From: Octopus vulgaris
Taxonomy: Eukaryota
Reading direction: 5' to 3'
DNA length: 64,000 bases
Assembly (NCBI GenBank): GCA_951406725.2
Contig: OX597837.1
Location: 6,200,001 to 6,264,000 of the forward strand
Numbering within the stretch: position 1 is the first letter of the stretch; each line of letters starts with the position of its first letter. The notes beneath the pieces are model-generated. The model was given only the letters and a program-made list of their open reading frames with translations. It was not told the origin of the DNA and did no database searches. The translations under genes and the position numbers were made by a program. Shown piece by piece: positions 1 to 11,773 of the stretch.

Positions 1-772
1 CAAAAGTTGCTATCAATATTATTATTCTCTGATATTCATTCGATCATTCCGTGTTAATTCTGGACTTTCTAGTTTGATGTCTGAAAAACTTATTTTGTAA
101 TAAAGTGAAAAGTTAAATAATTAAATTAGGATTTTCAATGAACAAAAACGAAACGGCACAAAATTAAATATAAAAAATCAATTAAACATTAGCAAAATTA
201 TCGAGACTAAAAATGTAATAAAATATATTCTCGAATATTTCGTTTATTTGTTTTGATATTTTTACATAAGTCAAATAACACATAATACATACTGAAATAC
301 ATATGTAACGTACACACAAGTACCTGCATGTATATATGCTTGTATGTGTATGTATGTAAGAGATGCATGTGTGTATGTATGTGTGTATAATTTATTGTCA
401 GTAAACGGTGCTTAAATAATGTATCACAGATTTAGTTTACATGCACACAGAATATACTGATTTGCTAACAGACTCAGACACACACACATATATATTTACA
501 TATATATATATATTATATATACATATATATATGTATGTATATATATATATATATATATATATAATAAATATTAGGGAATAAATCCAAACTTACAGGGAAA
601 AATCAGATTTAGGATTGAATCCAATTTTATAGTAAAATATTATATTATATTAAATTAGAGACAAAACCACTATTAGGCAAATCAAACAATGAAAAACGTA
701 AGTCAATACATATGATTAATTTATATTATTTAAATATATAACAAAATTATTAAAAAAATATAATTAATATCA

Positions 773-836
773 CACTACGATCGTTTCATGCCTGCTAATA
801 TCTTCAAATTTTTGAGTCGCAGTCATTCATCAGGTG
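773..836 (-). ncRNA. Type I minimal hammerhead ribozyme motif (H1, minus arm)
   Basis: Reverse complement of 899-962: CAC-CTGATGA-ATG..CAT-GAAA-CGATCG-TA-GTG. Confidence 0.7.
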
Positions 837-898
837 GTTTAAATATTTAAATATTTTTCTTGGCGAGGTTTAAACCTCACCAAGAAAAATATTTAAAC

Positions 899-962
899 CA
901 CCTGATGAATGACTGCGACTCAAAAATTTGAAGATGTTAGCAGGCATGAAACGATCGTAGTG
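899..962 (+). ncRNA. Type I minimal hammerhead ribozyme motif (H1, plus arm)
   Basis: Stem I CAC(899-901)/GTG(960-962); core CTGATGA 902-908; stem II ATG/CAT; GAAA 948-951; palindromic stem III CGATCG; cleavage triplet GTA. Confidence 0.72.
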
Positions 963-1103
963 TGATATTAATTATATTTTTTAATAATTTTGTTATATAT
1001 TTAAATAATATAAATTAATCATATGTATTAGCTTAAGTTTTTCGTTGTTTGATTTGCCTAATAGTGGTTTTGTCTCTAATTTAATATAATATATATATAT
1101 ATA

Positions 1104-1311
1104 CCGGAGTAAACACATAAATATGAAACAAGGTGAAAAAAAAGTACTCAAATACCAGGGGTAGAGTAATATGCTTTATTTAAAAGCAGCAGAAATTCAA
1201 AAAATCCTGTTACTCTGAGTTTCACGTTCCCGTTCGTCGGACAGTTTGACGAACGGGAACGTGAAACTCAGAGTAACAGGTTTTGTTGAATTTCTGCTGC
1301 TTTTAAATAAA

Positions 1312-1312
<1 letters not shown>
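1104..1312. mobile_element. Fold-back hammerhead element (family H2) in (TA)n
   Basis: Inverted repeat 1174-1312 around a short spacer, unpaired left extension, (TA)n flanks. Homologous copy at 21433-21633. Confidence 0.72.
1207..1244 (-). ncRNA. Compact hammerhead motif with CCGACGA core variant (H2)
   Basis: Minus strand reads CTGT-CCGACGA-ACG GGAA CGT-GAAA-CTCAGAG-TA-ACAG. All three stems pair. Confidence 0.68.
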
Positions 1313-1356
<44 letters not shown>

Positions 1357-1454
1357 TAAAGGCTCCTAAATAAAGATGCCAAGTGCTGGGAACAAAAAAA
1401 GGGGATGAATTTATCGAGAGTGAAAATCAAAAACATTTACCGATAATTTAAACA

Positions 1455-1528
1455 ACTCGTACCGCGGTTTCTGCTTCTTTCTAGCAAAACACAGAATATG
1501 TTTGCTAAGGCTGGCTTCATCAGCGAGT
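1455..1528 (-). ncRNA. Hammerhead motif (H3, inverted copy)
   Basis: Reverse complement of 2022-2095. Confidence 0.65.
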
Positions 1529-2021
1529 CGCCTGAATTTAATCGAGGTCCGCAGCGATGTGGGGCTATATGTTAAACCCGACTACTAGCAGATCTTAACT
1601 TTTCAAATCTCTGCGCAGACGTGTTTTGCTAGAAAGAAGCAGAAACCGCGGTACGAGTTGTTTAAATTATCGGTAAATGTTTTTGATTTTCACTCTCGAT
1701 AAATTCATCCCCTTTTTTGTTCCCAGCACTTGGCATCTTTATTTAGGAGCCTTTAATTGTATAACCACATGATTAATATTTTTCTATATGAATAATATTT
1801 TCGTCTTATGACTAATTCGTCTTTTGTGCTGGGCACCTGGTAGTAAATAATATTACTACCCTTCTTGTTTATATTCGCATACTACATGATGAATTTATTC
1901 GTAAAATTCTTCCCGGCATGCCCGTGTAAATTTTGCGTCTGCGCAGAGATTTGAAAAGTTAAGATCTGCTAGTAGTCGGGTGTAGTCCCACATCGCTGCA
2001 GACCTCGATTAAATTCAGGCG

Positions 2022-2095
2022 ACTCGCTGATGAAGCCAGCCTTAGCAAACATATTCTGTGTTTTGCTAGAAAGAAGCAGAAACCGCGGTACGAGT
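2022..2095 (+). ncRNA. Hammerhead motif (H3)
   Basis: Stem I ACTCG/CGAGT; CTGATGA 2027-2033; long stem II region with TAGCAAA/TTTGCTA hairpin; GAAA 2079-2082; palindromic CCGCGG; TA. Confidence 0.68.
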
Positions 2096-2222
2096 TGTTT
2101 TTGTTCCCAGCACTTTATTTAGGAGCCTTTAATTGTATAACCACATGATTAATATTTTCGTCTTATGACTAATTCGTCTTTTGTGCTGGGCACCTGGTAG
2201 TAAATAATATTATACCCTTCTT

Positions 2223-2262
<40 letters not shown>

Positions 2263-2539
2263 GCGATGGACAAATTTTATATTTTTAATTTCACGCATGC
2301 GCATTGTACACTTTTGCTTTTATTGTCTGCAAAGTATAGTAAGGTCTGTTGGGCACCGTCCGTGAGAAATTCACTCTGTCAGTTGGAAACGATATGCTAT
2401 AAAACTTGGTATTCTTCCGTTTCACGCCGAGTGATTTCCGTACACCTAGGGCAGAGAAGTTAGTTGTATGCATTCCCAGATTACATACACAAATTCACAA
2501 GTACAATATGTATTTAAAAAATTAATATTACTACTACTC

Positions 2540-2594
<55 letters not shown>

Positions 2595-3282
2595 GATAAT
2601 TTTGTTGCCCACGAAAATAAATTAAGACTAAATTCCTCTCGACTGGATGCGAACTTAATAGCACCGGGGAATCGTTATAAGTATTGCCAAAATTTCCCTT
2701 CGTGATTCTAATGCTTCAATAAATTCAAAACACTGGCGGCTTCTGGAACGGTTTATATAGTATGACTACTCAAAATCATGGCTAATTTTGGCTTATGCAA
2801 ATAAACACAAAGCAACAACGCCAATCGCTACCATCACTAATTAATTTAGGGATTCCAGCAGAGTCTTAGGATATAAATATGGATTTAGAATAAATGGCTT
2901 CTGCATAATTTCAGGATTACTAAATCAAACCAAAGCCTAAGCAAGGAAAGTGAACATTGGGAAACATAAAACATAAATGGTTGGTTACAAGAGAATTTCT
3001 CAAAACTGGTTTATGTTACGTTTCGTTTTCTGAAGATTCATGTTTATTTATATAAATAACTTCACAAACAAAAAAATAAAATACGAAACGAAATATTAAT
3101 CTTCAACACACACGTGCGCGTGCACACGCAGAGATACACAGACACACACACACACACATACACATGCATCAAAAAGGTTTGTAACATCCTCATAAAAGAT
3201 CTATTATATCTTTTTTAAAATATCTTTGAAAAAATAATCCCCTGAATACTTAAAAGCTGTAGTAAGTAATCTTCACAAAGAC

Positions 3283-3320
<38 letters not shown>

Positions 3321-3323
<3 letters not shown>

Positions 3324-3568
3324 GATAAATATGGTACTTAAGTTGAGGCACCAGAATTTAGAACGGTATTATCCATACAAAATCAAAATAAGCTACAAGA
3401 ACATCCAGAGGTAATGCAGCACTACCGTTTCATGCAACTCCATTTAATTGAACAATGCAATCATTACATCAATTTAAAATGATGTAATGATTGCACTGTT
3501 CAATTAAATGGAGTTGCATCAAACGATCGTACTGCACTACCTCTGGCTATGTTTGTTGCTTATTTTGA

Positions 3569-3569
<1 letters not shown>
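3321..3569. mobile_element. Fold-back element with degenerate hammerhead (family H4) in (TA)n
   Basis: Inverted repeat 3382-3569 with left extension and (TA)n flanks. Arms carry TGATG...CAT(G/C)AAACGATCGTA, a truncated core. Confidence 0.55.
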
Positions 3570-3617
<48 letters not shown>

Positions 3618-4170
3618 GTATATATGTATGTAGGTGTATATGTATGTTTGTATGTAAATATGCTTGTATGTATGTATTTATGTATGTATGTTCTACATGA
3701 GCATTTAAAAAATTTGATGAATGGAAAAATTCTCGTTTTAATGGTTGAATTCGAAGTAAAACTATATCTACTTCAAATTCAAACTGAAAATGTACCATAC
3801 GTGTGTATGTGTGTGAGCGTGTTTATATTTTTGTCTAAAATAGATAAAAATATATAACTCTGTCACATTTTATCAATCATTGAACTATGCCCATGCTGGA
3901 GCACTGATTCATATGTTTAGTTGGGACCAATCGATCTCAGTATTTATTTTAACTCTAGTACTCATCTTATCAGCCTACTTTGGTGAAACGCTAAGTTACG
4001 GGAAACGTGCTTAAATCAGCATAAATTAGCATAAATCAGCATAGATTAGGATAAATTAGCGTAAATCGACATCGCTTGTCAAATGGCGGGGAGAGAAGAA
4101 AACGAAACACACACACTCACTCACACACTCACATACACAGACACGTATACACAAATGCATGCTTTCAGAT

Positions 4171-4229
<59 letters not shown>

Positions 4230-4446
4230 CCAGGACCCAATTAATATATTCGCTGAACGCGAGACAGGTGACCAAGGTAGTCACACCGAGAGACGGACAC
4301 TTAGAGAAGACAATGCTAAAATTAAATGAGTGGTCGAAGAATTATTTTGGAGATGCACGACGGTTCTGGATTTGATGCATTCAAGATTGCTCACAGTAGT
4401 GACTCTAGGGGAGGAGGGAAGATTCATGGGCCTGACACGCTGTTAT

Positions 4447-4850
4447 TTATCTTTCGTCTTTTATCTTTTGCATGTTACCGTCACTGGACTGCAACCATAC
4501 TGGAGCACTTGAAGAAATATTAGTCGAAGGAATGAACCTCAACCTTATTTTTCTTTCAGCGTAGGGCTTGTTCTATCAAGCCTTTTGGCCCAACCGCTAA
4601 GTTATGCGAACATAAATACATCAATACCGGTTGTCAAGCGGTCGTGGAGGACAAAAATAGACACAAACACACACACACAAATGCACACACACACACACGA
4701 CAGCCTTCTCTCAGTTTCCGTTAACCAAATCTACTCACAAGGTTTTGGTCTGCTCGTGGCAATAATGTAAGACACTTGCTGAGAGTGTCACGCAGAGGAA
4801 CTGAACCCGGAACCAGGTAGTTTGGAAACAAGCTTCATACCAAACAGCTA
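4447..4850 (-). mobile_element. tRNA-derived SINE family A, degenerate
   Basis: Similar to the full copy at 36438-36858, including the internal (CA)n. Confidence 0.7.
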
Positions 4851-5685
4851 CGTGTGTTTCAAATTACGAAATGTCGTGTTCAATTTACAGCTGAAGTAAA
4901 AAATGAAACTAAAGTTACTTGAAAATAGTTTTACATCGTCCCTTAAATGCCGATGGCGATGAATAAGACTTTGAATGTTGCGCTTCTGCAGATGATTGAA
5001 ATACGAGAGAAAGGAAACCCGTTTGACCAATAACTCAATTCAGGATAAGGGTAGAAATTTTGAGAGGAGAAGCTACGCCGCAACGTTATTTCCACTATCT
5101 AGTCGAGGTTCTATTTTATCAAGCCTGAAATAAAAAAATAAAAAAATGCACTTGATCTCAGTGTGTTTCGAACTCAAAATGTAAAGCGTCGGAAGAAAGA
5201 GCACATGGGTACTCAGGTCCCTCCCGGTGATTCCACCGACGCTTCACCTTCTGTTTCGCCAATGAAATACGTATTGTATGTAAAATAAGAAGCGGAATGT
5301 ATCAGAAATAGTCAAAAAATAAATTTAATTCGAATTTTGTCTCCTTTGAAGCGAATGTAACAAAACTGTCGATGACATCTTTTCCTCTTCGCGGGTAAGT
5401 TAGAATCTTGATTTGTGTTGTAACTTTACGCAGACATTTGTTGAGGCTGGTATTTGACAGTTTGACTTCAGCTTTATCGTAGTAACTCGATTGTCTCAGG
5501 GTCTTGTTGCAATCTGCTTTGCTGAACATGATGAGTGACCAACTCTCTGTGTATTCTCTGACATTCCAAACTATCAAGTCATTCCTTCCTCTCCGATTGG
5601 TAGCAAGTCTTAAATTCAAAATTATATATATATTTTTTAATTTTCTCTGGAGAAAAAGATGTGTCTGTAATGATCTGAGGACCAC

Positions 5686-6112
5686 CTAAACAGGTGAAAT
5701 TGACGTGGTTAATACACTTCTTGAACAGTTGAAATCTGACGGCTGCAGGAAAGACGTGTGCAGGTAAAGATTTCCAGAGAGCCAAATTTTTAGGCAGAAC
5801 CGTTTGAGTATAGGGGTTGACGCAGAGTTTGGAGGGGTGAATAAGGCATGAGGAACGAGAAGAGAAATTAGAGAGTCGGGTGTACGTGACGGCATGTGGT
5901 ACGAGACCAGTAAGTTCATTAGAGAAGAGGCCATTGTAGTAACGGTAGAAGAGAAAGAGGGAGGACACAGCACGCTTGTGGGCCAGAGGCTGGAGTGTAT
6001 TAAAAAGCAATTTTATACTTATGAGTCGTGTGGCCTTCTTTTGAATGGGCCCTAGGATTTTTCTATGTATAGCCGCAGTTGCATCATCCCAAATATGGCA
6101 GTAGTACTCCAT
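5686..6112 (-). pseudogene. CR1-group (Zenon-like) LINE ORF2 C-terminal fragment
   Basis: MEYYCHIW...IQKKATRLI...LQPLAHKRAVSSLFLFYRYYNGLFSNEL matches the post-RT region of CR1-group elements. Confidence 0.75.
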
Positions 6113-7128
6113 TGCAATATTGTAATATTAATTCTTCACTTAACTGTACGAATTCTTTACTTAAGTTCTCTCTGCAAAAGATTGGTTGTAGCTGGAACAT
6201 AAAATACTTTTTGAAACGTACGAAGGACTTCTGAGAATCTTCTCCATCATCCAAATTCTTTGTCTTTCTCGAAATTACGATGGCTGATAAAAGAAATAGT
6301 TATTTAAATTAATGTCAGGAATATTATCATATTTTCTGGAAATCTAGTAGGAAATTTCGAAGTGACGTAAGCAAGTTTGTTATGACGAAAGAGAGAGGTT
6401 TTGTTTTACATATACATCTACTTGATTTCTTGAATATCCACCATTACGTCACAATTTATGGGGAGGGAGGAAACTGGTGTGATATGCTGTAATATCGAAC
6501 ATTTGATAAAATAATTCTAGGATAGGGTGGTGGTTACGTCGGTAACTTTTGTATTATTTGGAAAAAGCAACAGAAAATACGGCGTAATTGCCGTGCGGAT
6601 TGGAGTGTCCGACGTTTCGGGGGAAAATCATTCGTCTGGGTAAAGATTACAAGAGACAAATGAAAGCAAGTCAGGAGATTTTACAAATTCTATGTTTGAG
6701 AAACTGGCTGCAATTGGCGCTTCATACGTTCTTTAAATGAAACATGGTATTTAAACAAGCAGACGTCTTTGTGAGACATCAATTAGCGCTAATTGACGTA
6801 TTCCTCAATAGCTATATTAAAAATATTAACAAGTGGAAGATAAGGGCTAAAGACAGTCTGTTGGTGGTCGATCAACTTGATATCAACAGCAATTAACACA
6901 TCTTCAAATCACATCATATCATTAACTGGTTGAGCCCTGCCGTTGCTGAAAGGAGACATTCACTAATATAGCTTTATTTCCAATATGTCTGAATGAAAGT
7001 TGACGATCGTTAGAGCGAGAAAACTTTTCATTAAAAGGTGAATTGAATAAAATAGTTTGATTTCATAATACTATTGATATCCATTATCACATTCAGTGCA
7101 TTACGTGTATTTCTATTTATTTATTCTA

Positions 7129-7196
<68 letters not shown>

Positions 7197-7256
7197 TCTA
7201 TCGATCGATCGATCGATCTATCTGCTTGTCTGTCTGTCTGCCAATTTGTCTGTCTG

Positions 7257-7311
<55 letters not shown>

Positions 7312-7674
7312 CACTTTATCTGTCTAGCTGTCTGTCTCTCGTTTGCTCTTTGTATAAATGAATATGAATATATATATGTATGTATGTATATATATGTAAG
7401 TACAATTAAAGTTTACGTACCTCACTGAGGGATAGGAAAACTCTATGATAGTACGGGTTATTTACCTATACAAAGAATGTTGAACTTTACAAATAATAGT
7501 CAACAGCAAAGTATCTATATAAACCGTGGTTTATATATATTTTCAACTTTTAAATTTTCATCTTTTAAATTTGCAACTCGAGCCAACAAGACTAGATGAA
7601 TTCTGAATGGTCGTTTCACCTGCTAGAAACAACAAAATACTCTACAAATCACACCGTGTCCAAGATTTACTTAA

Positions 7675-7870
7675 AGCACACGGCCTGAAATTTGGAGGAA
7701 GGGGTCTAGTCGATTATATCGACCCCAGTGTTTCACAGGTACTTAATTTATCAACCCCGAAAGGTTGTAAGGCAAAAATCGACCTCGGTGGCGTCTGAAG
7801 TCAGAAAGTAAGGACGGACGAAATGCCGAAAGTATTTTGACCGGTGTGTACTAAAGACTCTCCCAGCTCA
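7675..7870 (-). mobile_element. tRNA-derived SINE family B
   Basis: Shares the GTCGAT(T)TTTGCCTT...TTCGGGGT(C/T)GATAAAT core with other copies. Confidence 0.7.
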
Positions 7871-8008
7871 ACGGGACACCTTTTCCTGAAAATAAAATGG
7901 AGGTCCTAGGAATAAGGCAAAAATATTTGATGTAAACTGTTCACTCTAAGATAATATGGATCCAAACAACATCGGCACCACCACCATCACCACCACCAGC
8001 AACAAAAA

Positions 8009-8799
8009 GTGGAGGCGCAATGGCCCAGTGGTTAGAGCAGCTGACTCACGGTCGGAGGATCGCGGTTTCGATTCCCAGACTGGGCATTGTGTGTTTATTG
8101 AGCGAAAACAACTAAAGCACCACGAGGCTCCCGGCAGGGGACGGTGGCGACTTCTGTTGTATTCTTTCGCCCCAACTTTCTCTCACTCTTTCTTCCTGTT
8201 TCTTGTACCCGACTTCCTACGCAACCACTGATCTTGGACGCGCATTCATCCATCCGTCGATGCTCTCGGTGTCGGGGGGGGGGGGAGTTGACCTTGGTTT
8301 CTCTTCTGCGGGTCTTACGACTAGCAAAGGAGCACGTTTCAGCCTTCTCCCATCTTGCAAGCTCTGGGATGAAGACTGCTTCGCTCAACAGCAACATCAG
8401 TGGAGGCGCAATGGCCCAATGGTTAGGGCAGCGGACTCACGGTCGGAGTATCGGGGCTTCGATTCCCAGACCGGGCGTTGTGTGTGTTTATTGAGCGAAA
8501 ACACCAAGAGATCCACGAGTCTTCGGCAGGGGGTACTGGCGACCACTGTTGTACTCTTTCGCTCCAGCTTTCTCTCACTTTTTCTTCCTGTTTCCTGTCC
8601 CCGACTTCCTGCGCAACCGCTGAGCCAGGATGCGCATTCATCCATCCGTCGATGCTCTCGGTGTCGGGGGGACGGAGTTGACCTTGGTTTCTCTTCTGCG
8701 GCTCTTACGAATAGCAAAGGAGCAACGTTTCGGACTTCTCCCCTCTTGCGAGCTCTGGGACGAAGACCGCTTCGCTCAACAGCAACAGCAACCAGCAGC

Positions 8800-8830
<31 letters not shown>
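8009..8830 (+). mobile_element. Head-to-tail dimer of tRNA-derived SINE family C with (CAA)n tail
   Basis: Two ~390 bp copies starting at 8009 and 8400. Each has an A box (TGGCCCAGTGG), a B box (GTTTCGATTCC) and a CAACAG/CAA tail. Confidence 0.8.
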
Positions 8831-8833
<3 letters not shown>

Positions 8834-9289
8834 GCAATAACAGCAGCAACACCATTATAAAATATCAATAGTTAACATTGATACAAAACATTTTCGACAA
8901 ACTGGTGTATTTAATAACGCCAGTAATATACTTCAGGCTTCTTTGTTGATATTTTTTCTATCAAGCTTCTCACGATATGAATGAAACAACATTTCAATTC
9001 CGGGCAAGTAAATCAAAATCAATATTGTTTTTCTGCTTGTATGCTTGTTGTTTTTTTTTTTATATTTTTTTTTTGTATTTTGTTGTTTTTGTAGTTTTTG
9101 GTCTTTCGATTTTTGTTTATAATAAATTTTCCAATGATTTATGACTGAACACACACAGCACACACACATACACATACACACCCGCGCACGTAAATATATT
9201 TATATATGTATATATATGCATGCATGCACGTATCTATCTATCAGTCTATCCATGTATGTATGTATGTATGTATGTATCTATCTATCTAA

Positions 9290-9345
<56 letters not shown>

Positions 9346-9371
9346 ATAAATATATATATATTATATGTATA

Positions 9372-9406
<35 letters not shown>

Positions 9407-9485
9407 TTAAACATATGTATATGTATGTATATATATATGTATATGTATTTATGTATGTATATATATGTATGTGTGTGTGAGTGTG

Positions 9486-9529
<44 letters not shown>

Positions 9530-9920
9530 GCATCAATTTCGCAGTCTGGGTCTCATCTCGTACATCTATACATGAAGGTTTGTATCTAGCTAAAGATGCT
9601 GAGATTTGGCTGGGTATATAACATGACAACCAAAACTCGGGGTCTTTAGCGGGACAAAAAACCGTGACGAGACCCAGACTGCAAAATTGAAGTAGCACAT
9701 GTCGAGATGAATGCCACCCGTAAGTGACAGTAGCAGGGTGGATCGAAACAACCGTTGTTCAAAATAAAGATTAACACCAATTCCATCTTTTCGCTAATTA
9801 AGCAATTATTATTATCTCAACACTGCGGAATTCCTGAAGCAGACCCAACATAGATATATGCATGCATGCATATATCTATGTATGCATATATATACATAGA
9901 TAAATAAACACACACACATC

Positions 9921-10327
9921 CTTTTCTACTTTAGGCACAAGGCCCGAAATTTTGGGGGAGGTGACCAGTCGGGACCAGTCGGTTAGATCGAACCAAGTAC
10001 GCAACTGGTAGTTAACTTATCGACCCCAAAAGGATGAAAGGTAAAGTTGATCTCAACGGAATTTGAACTCAAAACGTAAAGACAGAAAAAACACCTATTT
10101 CTTTACTATCCACAAGGGGATAAACACAGAGGGGACAAAGAAGGACAAACAAACGGATTAAGTCGATTATATCGACCCCAGTGCGTAACTGGCAATTATT
10201 TAATTGACCCCGAAAACATAAAAGGCAAGGTCGACCTCGGCGGAATTTGAACTCAGAACGTAGCTGCAGACGAAATACCGCTAGGCATTTCACCTGTCGT
10301 GCTAACGATTCTACCAGCTCACCACCC
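9921..10327 (-). mobile_element. SINE family B, long form with internally duplicated core
   Basis: Head GGTGGTGAGCTGGTAGAATCG, B box GAGTTCAAATTCC, core present twice. Confidence 0.8.
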
Positions 10328-10340
10328 TAAATTATGTGAC

Positions 10341-10458
10341 GCTTACAGAACCTAGGTTTCCTAATCGGTCACCCATCTAAGTACTCACTAGGCTCGACGT
10401 TGCTTAACTTCGGTGATCGGACGAGAACCGGTGCTTTCAACCTGATATGGCCGTGAGC
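10341..10458 (-). rRNA. Full-length divergent 5S rRNA copy (variant gene, pseudogene or SINE head)
   Basis: Minus strand GCTCACGGCCATATCAGGTTGAAAGCACCGGTTCTCGTCCGATCACCGAAGTTAAGCAACG...GATGGGTGACC...CTGTAAGC, 118 nt. No oligo-T terminator follows. Confidence 0.85.
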
Positions 10459-10557
10459 AAACATACACATATCTTCAGCAATACACTGCAGTCTTAGAGA
10501 ACATGCAAAATTGATGCATTTTATGTTTGACCAATGCGTACGAAACATCAAAATATG

Positions 10558-10993
10558 GGATCTTTTCGATTTGAACGGCAGTTTTTAACATAACTTCTAG
10601 GTAACTAAAAACCTTTAAACTTCGTATACTGGTAGAATGTGTTTATAAAACATCTTTTTCTCTTGGCTTTATTGAGAAAATTCTATAGTTTGTAAGATAT
10701 TTGTTGATTTTTTTCTTCAATTTCTGCAATTTCAACCAATCAATTACGTCTATTGAGTTAAAAAGCATTTTGTTCCATATGAATATGTCCCTCGTTTAAG
10801 AAGTAGATTGGGTTTATTTACATTTGTGAAGAAAAGAAGATACCCTTCCCTCACCCCTGACCCTAAATAACCCTAACTAACCCTAACCCTAAAAGAGATT
10901 GAAATGCAATAGATCGATACTAGGGTCATAATTATGAGTGACAATTTCATATGACACCACTAGAAAAAACTGCCGTTCAAACCGAAAACATCT
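10558..10993. mobile_element. MITE with GGATCTTTTCG terminal inverted repeats (copy 1)
   Basis: ~28 bp TIRs, internal CCCTAA repeats, homologous to 30143-30559. Confidence 0.8.
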
Positions 10994-11612
10994 TAATATA
11001 TGTACATACGCACGTGCTACGTAAGTTCATAGAACTGCATTAAATTACAGAGACAAAACAGTACCACAGTATATTAGTTTTTTATGCAACTAAATGGACT
11101 CGCCCTTCTTAGTGAGGTATGCAACTTTTTACATGAACACAACTACGCGTCGATGACTGTGTATTTGCGGCCGATTGGACAAATTTACTTATGTACAAAT
11201 GACATATGTATTATGAAAATGAACATATATTTTCAGTATGTTACTTTATTTTTCTCTTAATAACTTTTCCTCTGATTTATGACAAAACAATATTACAGGA
11301 CTTCACGTATATTGCAGAATAATAACAACAGACTTGTCGGCCGTACATAAATTAATCAAATTTAAATCAGTCATTTCCTACAAGAAGCAAAGAAAAAAAA
11401 AGAAAATGTGTGTGTATGAAAATATTTTTATGAAAATGAAAATATTTTTGATTTCTTACCAAAATAGTCTGAAGCCAGACTGTAAAAAGAAAAAGAAAAA
11501 GAAAAGAATAAAGAAACTTCAAGCAACAAACACAAAAGAAAAAACTTGGAACATCTGGATTGGATATATTTGAAATAAGATATATATGAATGTATATATA
11601 TATATATGAATG

Positions 11613-11692
<80 letters not shown>

Positions 11693-11697
11693 CATAT

Positions 11698-11773
<76 letters not shown>

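Larger units (their letters stand above)
561..1093. mobile_element. Fold-back palindromic hammerhead-bearing element (family H1; Penelope-like pLTR/retrozyme-type) in (TA)n
   Basis: Near-perfect inverted repeat 641-871 / 872-1093 centred on GAGGTTT|AAACCTC, with an unpaired ~80 bp left extension. (TA)n on both sides and a hammerhead motif in each arm. Confidence 0.75.
1352..2227. mobile_element. Inverted-plus-tandem pLTR-like hammerhead element (family H3) in (TA)n
   Basis: 1352-1620 is the reverse complement of segments repeated at 1621-1762 and 1937-2100. Direct repeats are 437 bp apart (GAAACCGCGGTA at 1642 and 2079). (TA)n on both sides. Confidence 0.75.

Noticed and set aside
4013-4072. 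Six 10-bp tandem units (AAATCAGCAT) as a CRISPR-like or regulatory array
   Set aside because: No spacers. It is a local minisatellite inside a decayed SINE.
5672-5710. CTGAGGA..ACCT AAAC AGGT GAAA hammerhead-like string
   Set aside because: No stem I or UH site. It overlaps the CR1 fragment end and is probably chance.
8009-8085. tRNA gene
   Set aside because: The tRNA-like head continues into a SINE body found in two copies.
10857-10893. CCCTAA repeats as a telomere or interstitial telomere
   Set aside because: Only 2-3 units, and internal to a MITE present twice.
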